Of a DNA stretch of 34,964 nt, positions 15,616 through 23,527 are shown in pieces. This DNA comes from an uncultured Desulfobacteraceae bacterium (lineage in GTDB: Bacteria > Desulfobacterota > Desulfobacteria > Desulfobacterales > JAABSP01): positions 1-34,964 of the forward strand of contig CAYNGG010000004.1 of the NCBI GenBank assembly GCA_964396575.1, read 5' to 3'. Made by a program: the position numbers and the translations under genes. The notes beneath the pieces are model-generated. The model was not told the DNA's origin. It worked only from the letters and a program-made list of their open reading frames with translations, and searched no databases. Positions within the stretch are counted from its first letter, which is position 1. Every line of letters starts with the position of its first letter.

Positions 15616-18600
15616 ATGTCGCATATCACGGTAATCCACAATGCTTTGCAAGCCTTGGGCGCTGAGGTCACGGAAAAGATGGCCCAGCTCCTTCAGGGAG
15701 AGCCTGAAGACCAATTGCGTGGTCCCTTTGAAAGCTTCATGAAAGCCATCGCGGACGGATTCGGGGGGTTAATCGTATGTACCGGTGAAACCCCGCTCCC
15801 AGATCGAATTGGCCGTCCGGACTATGCGGTCCACTTGAACGATCAGCTCACCGGTTACGTTGAGCTCAAAGCGCCCGGCACCGGCGCTCTCAAGTCCCGG
15901 TTCAAGGGCCACAATCGAAAGCAATTTAAACGGTTTACAGCTATCCCCAACATCCTTTACACGGATGGCAATGAATGGGCGATCTATCGTGGGGGTGAGC
16001 AGGTAGGTAAGGCCGTCCGGCTGGTCGGTGATGTCAGCTCGGACGGCAAAGCAGCCGCCAACCGGGACGACGCGCAAAACCTCGAACGGCTTCTGTCGGA
16101 TTTCCTATCCTGGGCACCTTTTATCCCAACCGATCGTTCGGGCAGAATTGACCTCAAAGGATTTGCCGCCATGCTTGCCCCGCTGTGCCGGATGCTTCGA
16201 GATGACGTTGCCGATGCCCTTGATGCCTCATCATCGCCTCTCGTTGACATGGCCGCGGACTGGCGAAGCATCCTTTTCCCGGATGCGCCGGATGACCAAT
16301 TCGCCGATGCTTACGCACAGACGGTAACCTTTGCCCTGCTTCTCGGTCGAAGCGAGGGAGCCAACCCGCTGACGCTTAAAGCAGCCATCAACACCCTTCT
16401 GTCGAAGCACAGTCTCCTCTCTCGCGCGCTTGAAGTCCTTACCGACCCCGCCGCTCAAAGCGAGATCAAGGCTTCAGTGGACCTCTTGTTGAGGGTCATT
16501 GCCGCCGTGCCGCCCCGCACGCTTGCCTATCCAGAGGACCCATGGCTTTATTTCTACGAAGACTTTCTCGCCGTCTATGATCCAAAGCTGCGTAAGGATG
16601 CGGGAGCGTATTATACTCCCATCGAGGTGGTCCGGTATCAAGTGCGGCTGATAGACCACTTGCTCGTCAATCGCCTCGGAAAGCCTTTGGGGTTCGCCGA
16701 CTCCGGCGTCATCACACTCGATCCGGCCACCGGCACCGGCACGTATCTGCTTATGGTGATCGAGCATGCGCTCAGCCGGATTGAAAAAGAGCAAGGAGCC
16801 GGCGCGGTTCCGGGACAGGCTACGGCGCTGGCCCAAAACCTGTATGGCTTCGAGCTGATGGTTGGCCCGTATGCCGTCAGCGAGCTACGGATCAGCCGGG
16901 CGCTCCGGGACCGGGAAGCCGACCTGCCGGAAGACGGCATCAACATCTACCTGACCGATAGCCTCGAAAGCCCAAACGCCGAGCCCCAAACCCCTTTTCA
17001 TTTTTACAAGCCCATTGCCAAGCAGCATGCCAAGGCCCTGGAAGTCAAAAACAACATTCCGGTCATCGTCTGCCTGGGAAACCCCCCGTATGACCGACAT
17101 GAAGCGGCATCAGGCGAAAACCGGTCACGGACCGGTGGCTGGGTCAGATGGGGGGACACCGAGAACGCGGAAGATGCTATCCTGAAAGACTTCCGCGCCC
17201 CCGCCATTGCGGCGGGGCATGGCTTGCACGTCAAAAACCTTTACAATCTTTACGTCTATTTCTGGAGATGGGCTTTATATAAGGTCTTTGAGCACGAGAC
17301 GGCGCTCGGGCCGGGGGTGGTCAGCTTTATCAGCGCATCGAGCTATCTGGATGGCAGCGCCTTTTGCGGGATGCGTCAGCATCTGCGTGAAATCTGCGAC
17401 GAGATATGGATACTCGACCTGGGCGGCGAAGGGCGCGGCACCCGTAAAAACGACAATGTCTTTTCCATTCAAACGCCGGTCGCCATTGCGGTGGCCGTGC
17501 GGTACAAGGAAGCCGCCACCTCAAGACCCGCCGTGGTTCACTACTCACTGCTGGAAGGCGACCGTGACGCTAAGCTCGCCGCACTCGATGGTATCGATCA
17601 ATTCTCAAAAGTTGAATGGCGGGATTGTCCGGATGACTGGCAGGCTCCGTTCAGACCAGAAGGCATCGGCGGCTACTTTCAATGGCCGCCGCTGACCGAT
17701 CTCATGCCGTGGCAGCATTCGGGGTGCGAAATTAAACGAACTTGGCCGATATGCCACGACCCAAAGACATTGAAGGCGCGATGGAATGCTTTGATTAGAA
17801 CAAAAGACCGTGCATCGGCATTTAAAGAAACTCGGGATCGGGATATCCATTCAGAATGCAAACAGCTTTCAACTATTAAAAGCGATACTACCCCTATCAA
17901 CGAGTTATCATTTGACGCGCCGGTGCCTCCCGTTGTCCGATATGCGTTTCGGTCATTTGATCGCCAATGGGTCTTTGCGGACAACCGCTTGGGGGATTAT
18001 TTCCGCCCTCCGCTTTGGCGCACCCACGGGCCAAGCCAGGTTTACATCGCAAGCTCTTTGATTCTTGGCCTTGGTACCGGACCGTCATTGAGTGGCGCTT
18101 CATCAATTCCTGATAGACACTATTTTTCAGGAAGGGGCGGCAAAGACATCCTTCCCCTTTACAGAACCCAAGATGCCACCGAAGCGAACCTTCCGCCCGG
18201 CATCCTGGATTTGCTCACCAAGGTATATCATCGAAAGCTAACGCCGGAAGACTTCCTTGCCTATGTGTACGGCGTCCTGGCCCACCCCGCCTTTACCGCA
18301 CATTTTCATAAGGAGTTGGAAAGCCGAGAGCTTCGTGTGCCCATCACCAGGGATGCATCGCTTTTTGAGGCTGTCCGTAAGACGGGGGCGCGTCTTCTCT
18401 GGCTTCACACCTACGGTGAGCGTTTTGTGCCGAAAGGCATGAAACAGGGCCAGGTGCCACGGGGCGAGGCGAAATGCACCCGGGCGGTACCGGGTGATCC
18501 ATCCGGATATCCCGAAACCTTTGGATATGCCGAAGCCGATCAGACCCTTCGGGTTGGATCGGGCGAGTTTACCCCCGTTTCCCGCGAAGTCTATGATTTC

Positions 18601-18909
18601 GAGGTCTCAGGGCTCAAGGTTGTCCAGTCTTGGCTCAAATATCGGATAAAAAATGGGGCTGGCAAGAAATCTTCGCCGTTGGACGACATCCGCCCTGAAC
18701 GCTGGACCAGTCAGCACACGACCGAGCTGCTTGAGCTGCTGTGGGTGCTTGAGGAGACGGTCAAGGTTTATCCGGAGCAGGAAAGGCTTCTGGAAGCAGT
18801 TGTAAATGGGGACTGCTTACTGGCTGACGAGCTCCCAGATGTCTCCCCTGACATGCGGAAACCACCGCGGCCCAGGAAAGGATTGGAGAATTTGCAAATG
18901 TGTGATTAG
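15616..18909 (+). CDS. Single-polypeptide Type IIG/IIL R-M enzyme (MmeI-like N-terminal nuclease, gamma-class N6-adenine MTase, Type ISP-like C-terminal target-recognition region)
   Basis: 1097 aa. D69...E83-x-K85 (GRPDYAVH...GYVELKAPG) is placed like the MmeI D-EXK motif. MTase motifs are AYYTPIEVVRY, LDPATGTGTYL and CLGNPPYDRHE. The C-terminal segments RYAFRSFDRQWVF and DILPLYR recall Type ISP/IIG TRDs. GC is lower than in the flanks. Confidence 0.8.
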   Translation: MSHITVIHNALQALGAEVTEKMAQLLQGEPEDQLRGPFESFMKAIADGFGGLIVCTGETPLPDRIGRPDYAVHLNDQLTGYVELKAPGTGALKSRFKGHNRKQFKRFTAIPNILYTDGNEWAIYRGGEQVGKAVRLVGDVSSDGKAAANRDDAQNLERLLSDFLSWAPFIPTDRSGRIDLKGFAAMLAPLCRMLRDDVADALDASSSPLVDMAADWRSILFPDAPDDQFADAYAQTVTFALLLGRSEGANPLTLKAAINTLLSKHSLLSRALEVLTDPAAQSEIKASVDLLLRVIAAVPPRTLAYPEDPWLYFYEDFLAVYDPKLRKDAGAYYTPIEVVRYQVRLIDHLLVNRLGKPLGFADSGVITLDPATGTGTYLLMVIEHALSRIEKEQGAGAVPGQATALAQNLYGFELMVGPYAVSELRISRALRDREADLPEDGINIYLTDSLESPNAEPQTPFHFYKPIAKQHAKALEVKNNIPVIVCLGNPPYDRHEAASGENRSRTGGWVRWGDTENAEDAILKDFRAPAIAAGHGLHVKNLYNLYVYFWRWALYKVFEHETALGPGVVSFISASSYLDGSAFCGMRQHLREICDEIWILDLGGEGRGTRKNDNVFSIQTPVAIAVAVRYKEAATSRPAVVHYSLLEGDRDAKLAALDGIDQFSKVEWRDCPDDWQAPFRPEGIGGYFQWPPLTDLMPWQHSGCEIKRTWPICHDPKTLKARWNALIRTKDRASAFKETRDRDIHSECKQLSTIKSDTTPINELSFDAPVPPVVRYAFRSFDRQWVFADNRLGDYFRPPLWRTHGPSQVYIASSLILGLGTGPSLSGASSIPDRHYFSGRGGKDILPLYRTQDATEANLPPGILDLLTKVYHRKLTPEDFLAYVYGVLAHPAFTAHFHKELESRELRVPITRDASLFEAVRKTGARLLWLHTYGERFVPKGMKQGQVPRGEAKCTRAVPGDPSGYPETFGYAEADQTLRVGSGEFTPVSREVYDFEVSGLKVVQSWLKYRIKNGAGKKSSPLDDIRPERWTSQHTTELLELLWVLEETVKVYPEQERLLEAVVNGDCLLADELPDVSPDMRKPPRPRKGLENLQMCD

Positions 18910-18926
18910 GCGCTCACCATCTGAGC

Positions 18927-19280
18927 ATGGGCTATGGCGAGGAGCAGCTCTTGGAGATCGGCCGGATGATCGAGGCGGAAAAGAGCGACCTCTACGACGT
19001 CCTGGCCTACATCGCGTTTGCGCTTCCCCCGATCACCCGGGCCGACCGGGTGGACGCCCGCCGGGACCGGATTTTCAGCGGGTACGACTTCCGCCGGCAG
19101 GAGTTTCTGGGCTTTGTATTGGGTCACTATATCGAGCGCGGCGTGGGCGAGCTGGACCCCGATAAGCTCCCGAGGCTCATCGAGCTGAAATACCACGGCA
19201 TCGGCGACGCGGTCGCCGAGCTCGGGAGCCCCGAAAACATCCGGGAGGTCTTCGTCGATTTCCAGCGGCATTTGTATTGA
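18927..19280 (+). pseudogene. Detached duplicate of the HsdR C-terminal (EcoEI_R_C-like) domain; possibly expressed as a 117-aa ORF
   Basis: The cassette/repeat junction reads gcATGGGCTATGGC, supplying an ATG in frame with the duplicated hsdR codons. The ORF differs from HsdR residues 679-795 by the junction Met and one D-to-E change. It starts 17 nt after the Type IIG stop. Confidence 0.6.
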
Positions 19281-19450
19281 GGGGGCGGCCGACCCGCCAC
19301 CGGATGCCCCGGCCCGTTCGGATCGGCTCGGGCGGCAATGCCCCTGGGGACTCCCGGCGCTGCCTTTGGCCGGGGTTGGGGTTGTCTTGATGAACCGGGG
19401 ACTTCACCCGAGACGGGCCGGGGGGCTTACTGATCCGTCCTCCGTGGAAA
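18929..19450 (+). repeat. 522-bp direct repeat, copy 2
   Basis: 521/522 identical to 14951-15472. Homology ends abruptly at both junctions. Confidence 0.97.
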
Positions 19451-19724
19451 CGGTTGCTTGAGCTGGTGTTGCCGGCATTGGATGAATTGCCGGATTCGAT
19501 GGCCCGGACCCTGGGCGGAGAAACGGGGCCGGCGATTTCTGGGAACATCGCGTCAGTTTTGACATTGACGTCTTTTTTGAGCACGCGGGGGCTTTGAAGC
19601 TGCTGTCTCCGAATAAAAACGGGGCGATAAGACAATTGTCCGACAATCTGCAACAACCCGGACATTATCTCAAAATTGAAAGGCCGGAAGGCGACATTGA
19701 TTTTCTTGTCACGTCGATTTCGAT

Positions 19725-20465
19725 GTGTCCGGAGCCCCGGCGGTGAGCCTCTTCACCCGCCTCCTGTCCGATCTCGCGTCGGGACGGCGGGAAACCGCCT
19801 TTCCCCGGGAGCTGATCCCGGATGAGATCGGCATTGCTTACATGGGCGCGGACCTGACTGTCCCCACGGTGATTGAGGCCTATGTCCGGGGATGCTATCC
19901 CTACACCGGGAGCGATCCCATCCCCTGGCTTTCCCCCGATCCCCGCCTGGTACTCTTCCCCGACGACTTCCGGGCCTCGCGCCGGTTGAAGCGGTCGGCC
20001 CGTCAGAACCGCTTTACCATCCGGTTCGACACCGATTTTACCGAGGTGATGCGGTGCTGTGCCACCGTCCTCCGGGAGGATCAGCCCGGAACCTGGATCA
20101 CCGACAACATGATCGAGATCTACACCGAGCTTTTCGACCTCCGGATCGCCCACTGCGTCTCGGTTTACAACCGGGCGGGGACCCTTTGCGGCGGGCTTTA
20201 CGGACTCACCTTCGGCCGGGCCTTTTTCGGGGAATCGATGTTTTCGACCGCCCCGAACACCTCCAAGCTCGCCCTCTACGCCCTTTGCCGTCGGTTGTCG
20301 GCCTGGCGGTTCGATATGATCGACTGCCAGGAAGTCTCCGCTCACCTGATGCGCCTGGGGGCCGTCCCCTTGAGCCGGCGGGAATACCTGACCCGGCTCC
20401 ACCTCACCCTTCAGTACCCTTCCCGGCACACAAGCTGGGCGGACCTTGTCGAGAGTCCGGGCTGA
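19725..20465 (+). CDS. aat: Leucyl/phenylalanyl-tRNA--protein transferase
   Basis: 246 aa (GTG start in the ORF track). Aat-like motifs are YVRGCYPY, PWLSPDPRLVLFP, GTWITDNMIEIY, HCVSVY, GGLYGLTFGRAFFGESMFS and MIDCQ. Confidence 0.85.
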   Translation: MSGAPAVSLFTRLLSDLASGRRETAFPRELIPDEIGIAYMGADLTVPTVIEAYVRGCYPYTGSDPIPWLSPDPRLVLFPDDFRASRRLKRSARQNRFTIRFDTDFTEVMRCCATVLREDQPGTWITDNMIEIYTELFDLRIAHCVSVYNRAGTLCGGLYGLTFGRAFFGESMFSTAPNTSKLALYALCRRLSAWRFDMIDCQEVSAHLMRLGAVPLSRREYLTRLHLTLQYPSRHTSWADLVESPG

Positions 20466-20479
20466 TGACATCGGGCCGG

Positions 20480-20830
20480 CGTCGGGATCGGCTATCGGCC
20501 CTCGAATTCCGGGTGGCCGAGCAGACCGAGGAATAGCAGCGAGCCGGCCGCCAGGTCGCCTGCATCACCGAAGCATCCACGGCGCCGGACGACGGGATCG
20601 GGAGATTGTCCGACAGCTTTTGGCCTTCAGCCGGAAGGGGGCCCTGACGGTCAAGATCATCGACCTGAATGCCATTCTCATGGGGTTCGAACAGCTCCTC
20701 CGGCGGGCCATCCGGGAGGACATCGACGTCGCACTCGCCCCCGCCGCGACCGGAGAGCGCCGCAGGCTGGTTCGGCAAAACTCTGGAGGGGTTAAACATC
20801 CCAGACCGGCTTTACGCCCGCGACGCTGTA
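20480..20830 (+). pseudogene. Degenerate relic of a sensor histidine kinase (HisKA-to-HATPase linker region)
   Basis: Frame 1 reads ...IVRQLLAFSRKGALTVKIIDLNAILMGFEQLLRRAIREDIDVAL (about 20605-20760). This is a stereotyped kinase segment. The flanking kinase motifs are missing or frame-shifted (RLSALEFRVAEQTEE* upstream, LYARDAV in another frame downstream). Confidence 0.4.
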
Positions 20831-20916
20831 AGATCCTAAATATCGTAACCTTATCATTCGACTGGGCCGACCTCAGCGCAGCTATATGAAGGCCGGCAGC
20901 TTACCGGTGGACCTGA

Positions 20917-21753
20917 TCAAGATTTGTTATGGGGGTCGCCATGACATTGAATACAGTTCATTTTCGAAAGCGTGTTCTCCATTTCCCCCCCTTTCCCGTG
21001 GCAGGAAAGGCAGTCGGCGACGTCTTCTGACACTGCCGCTGAGTACAACGATTTAAATCGGTTGTCGAAATGGTCGTTCAAGATTTGAATGGCAAACGCC
21101 ACGGAATCCCCGGTCAGGCGGGCGCAGCGTTCCTTGCGCTCGACACAGGTAATCTCGGCCTCTGTTTCTCTGCACCAATTCGTGGCGGAAACATGACACA
21201 TGGGCGAGCCGCTTTTACAGGGCTTGATCTTCTTATCGTGCTTATTAACCGCGTATTTTTTTTCGACGGCATATTGATTGCTCAAATCCGTAGGCAGCAA
21301 GGACTGCGAATACCATTCGAAAAGCTCGTTGGTCAGCAAATCCGCGGTTTTTTTATCGCAAACCAGTGATATGGCGGCCGCGGGCCCATTCAGGGCGCCG
21401 CACAACATGCCCCAACCGGCTCCGCCTCCATGGCCGTAGATCATGATTTCCGCCGGCAGGCTGTGATAGGGGCCGCCGACCTTGGCCTGAAGGGCGCTGA
21501 GAATGGCGTGAAAGGCGGCATAGGAACAGCCTTTACCACTCCAATAGGCGTCATGGCCCGCTTTCCGGCCCGCTTCCGGGTCCAGCTTCGCATAAGGCCA
21601 CGGCCACTCATACGTTTCAGTGGTTCTGGCAAACACCTTTGTTGACGACAACGCCGTCATCCCGGAAACCGCGCCGGCGGCACCCGCGCTCGCTATCGCC
21701 CCGTATTTCAATGAACGCTTCATGAAGCTTCTTCTTGTTGCAGCCGTTTCCAT
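20917..21753 (-). CDS. Tat-exported C_GCAxxG_C_C-family redox protein with C-terminal dihaem c domain (split-Soret cytochrome c-like)
   Basis: 278 aa with a twin-arginine signal (TRRSFMKRSLKYGAIASAGAAGA), GWGMLCGALNG (CGAxxG), and two CxxCH motifs (CLSCH, CIQCH). AAGGAGA RBS upstream. AT-richer than the core genes. Confidence 0.75.
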   Translation of the reverse strand: METAATRRSFMKRSLKYGAIASAGAAGAVSGMTALSSTKVFARTTETYEWPWPYAKLDPEAGRKAGHDAYWSGKGCSYAAFHAILSALQAKVGGPYHSLPAEIMIYGHGGGAGWGMLCGALNGPAAAISLVCDKKTADLLTNELFEWYSQSLLPTDLSNQYAVEKKYAVNKHDKKIKPCKSGSPMCHVSATNWCRETEAEITCVERKERCARLTGDSVAFAIQILNDHFDNRFKSLYSAAVSEDVADCLSCHGKGGEMENTLSKMNCIQCHGDPHNKS

Positions 21754-22079
21754 TGGTATCTCCTTTCTTTCGTTGGGTTTTTCCGCAAAGCGCGGATATG
21801 GAGCCGATTATGACAATTTGCGGGGAAGAGGCGACGCGGCAAAGCGCTGAAGACCGGATCGAAGAAAAAACGAGATAAGGGGATTGAGAAGAAATACAAC
21901 TAAAAAGTAGCGACGCCCCGCATCGCACATTAAGTCAATTATTATGGTGAAGTAAGCGGGAACGTCAAATTAAAAAAAGTGATAACCTCATATTTCCATA
22001 AAGAAAAATAATAAGGCAATAAGTCTGGGCTATGGTTATCTTTTGATCCGGTATAAGTAAGGTCAGTATCCGCGGGGTG

Positions 22080-22991
22080 TCAGGGAGAGATAACCGTTTG
22101 AGATCGAGATAAGAAGGCAATCAGGTCGTGCAAAGTTTCAGGCAGATCTTCCTGCTTGCGGTAGCTTAAGAAAAACGACTGCATCGGCCGGCCTTCCCGC
22201 AGGTAGATTTCGGCAAAAAGCCCCTCTTCGATGTCTTTCCGAATCATAAATTCAGGTAAAAAGGAAATTCCATATCCGTCCTTGACCAGATTTTTTATGG
22301 CCTCATTGCTGTCGGATTCACTGATAACCGAAAAGTGTTTCAGGCTCATCTTATGTTTGGCCAGGAAACGCTCGAATTCAATTCGACAGCCGGAGCTCTT
22401 TTCCCTCAATACTAATCGGTAGTTTCGCAATTGTTCAAGGTCGATGGTCCCGGTCGGCGCTTGAGCCTTTGCCGTCTCAAATAGAATCAAAGGCGCCCGA
22501 AGCAGCTTTTTTTTAGAGAGAAAACGGTTCTTAGGATCCAAGCCGGTAACCCCGATATCGTATTCTCCGGACAGCAGTCCGTTGAAGACTTCATCACATT
22601 TGGTGATAGACAGCGCCAGATGGGCTTCCGGATGCGCATCCCGAAAGGCCGTCAGCCCCATCGGCAGAAGATGCTCGCCGGCAATGCAGCAGGCCCCGAT
22701 GCGCACTTCACGCAGATGATAGGCGCTGAAGTTTTCCATATCCCGAATAATCGACTGCTCAAGTTTCATCAGCTCTTCGGCATGTTGATATAGATTCTTT
22801 CCGGCCTTCGTCAGCCGGATACGCCCCGAATGTGTCCTGATGAAAAGCGCCGTTTGAAACAATTGCTCGATTTTCTGAATTTGGAGGCTTACGGCCGGCT
22901 GGGTGAGCAGTAGCGAATTGGCGGCCTGGGTGAAGCTTCCCGTCTCAGCGACCTTCGCAAACACTTTTATGGAAAAGAGATTTAAATTCAT
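22080..22991 (-). CDS. LysR-family transcriptional regulator
   Basis: 303 aa with the N-terminal wHTH FAKVAETGSFTQAANSLLLTQPAVSLQIQKIEQ and a LysR substrate-binding-like remainder. Confidence 0.9.
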   Translation of the reverse strand: MNLNLFSIKVFAKVAETGSFTQAANSLLLTQPAVSLQIQKIEQLFQTALFIRTHSGRIRLTKAGKNLYQHAEELMKLEQSIIRDMENFSAYHLREVRIGACCIAGEHLLPMGLTAFRDAHPEAHLALSITKCDEVFNGLLSGEYDIGVTGLDPKNRFLSKKKLLRAPLILFETAKAQAPTGTIDLEQLRNYRLVLREKSSGCRIEFERFLAKHKMSLKHFSVISESDSNEAIKNLVKDGYGISFLPEFMIRKDIEEGLFAEIYLREGRPMQSFFLSYRKQEDLPETLHDLIAFLSRSQTVISP

Positions 22992-23273
22992 TGCTTATCT
23001 TTCATCACCGTAGTGGTAGATGTCCTCGAAAAGGGAAGGAAGATATTGATAGGGGCACAAGGAACAGATTCGGCGGGGTTTATCTCTACTTTCATTTCAA
23101 GAGCCAAAAATGCTCATTGCCAATCAACCTGACTCATATACCATTTTCGCTTTTCTGGTTGTACCCTTTTTTTAAATGCATCCGGATCAATATCGTCGTA
23201 CCCAAGATGCCTTATTTTTTTGCTTTACCGTGAAAATTCATGACGCCCGTGCTCCAATCGAAAAAACCGGAAC

Positions 23274-23303
23274 CACGAATGAACACGAATAGGCACGAAT
23301 GAG
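23274..23303 (+). repeat. Three tandem 10-bp units CACGAAT-nnn
   Basis: cacgaatgaa / cacgaatagg / cacgaatgag, starting at 23274, 23284 and 23294. An inverted half-site TTCGTG lies at 23341-23346. Confidence 0.85.
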
Positions 23304-23346
23304 AATTGTTTCTTGAAAACTATTTAAATTTATAATTTTTTTCGTG

Positions 23347-23364
23347 TTTTTAGTGTGTTTCGCG
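23347..23364 (+). repeat. 18-nt direct repeat TTTTTAGTGTGTTTCGCG, copy 1
   Basis: Exact second copy at 23490-23507 (143-bp offset). Confidence 0.9.
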
Positions 23365-23467
23365 GTTTAAAATCCATTTTCATGACCGGGGGTGATGTGG
23401 CGCCCGCCCCGATCATGAGGGTTTACATTTGCTCTCAAAGTGGTAGCGGCATCCCGGCGCTTAAATT

Positions 23468-23494
23468 AGCGGCTGGAAGCCGCTTCCACTTTTT
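23468..23494. terminator. Short GC hairpin with T-run; possible terminator
   Basis: AGCGGC-tggaa-GCCGCT (23468-23484), then tccac and TTTTT (23490-23494) on the plus strand. On the minus strand the same hairpin lies 44 nt after the livF stop and is followed by AATTT. The stem is only 6 bp. Confidence 0.3.
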
Positions 23495-23507
23495 AGTGTG
23501 TTTCGCG
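23490..23507 (+). repeat. 18-nt direct repeat TTTTTAGTGTGTTTCGCG, copy 2
   Basis: Exact copy of 23347-23364. Confidence 0.9.
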
Positions 23508-23527
23508 CCGGAGTCCACTGCTTTCGC

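Noticed and set aside
15473-18928. Type IIG cassette considered as a transposon or IS-borne passenger
   Set aside because: I found no terminal inverted repeats at the cassette ends, no short target-site duplication and no transposase or integrase ORF. The 522-bp flanking homology points to homologous recombination instead.
19451-19600. Protein-like open frame (…KRLLELVLPALDELPDSMARTLGGETGPAISGNIASVL…) just past repeat copy 2
   Set aside because: There is no start codon until late in the frame, the length is short, and no family was recognised. It may be debris of whatever originally lay downstream of hsdR, but it cannot be supported as a gene.
19665-20471. 268-aa minus-strand ORF opposite aat
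   Set aside because: Shadow ORF. The plus-strand frame carries the full set of Aat motifs.
23274-23507. Short repeats considered as a CRISPR array
   Set aside because: The units are 10 nt (three copies) or 18 nt (two copies), far from CRISPR repeat/spacer dimensions, and there are no cas genes in the window.
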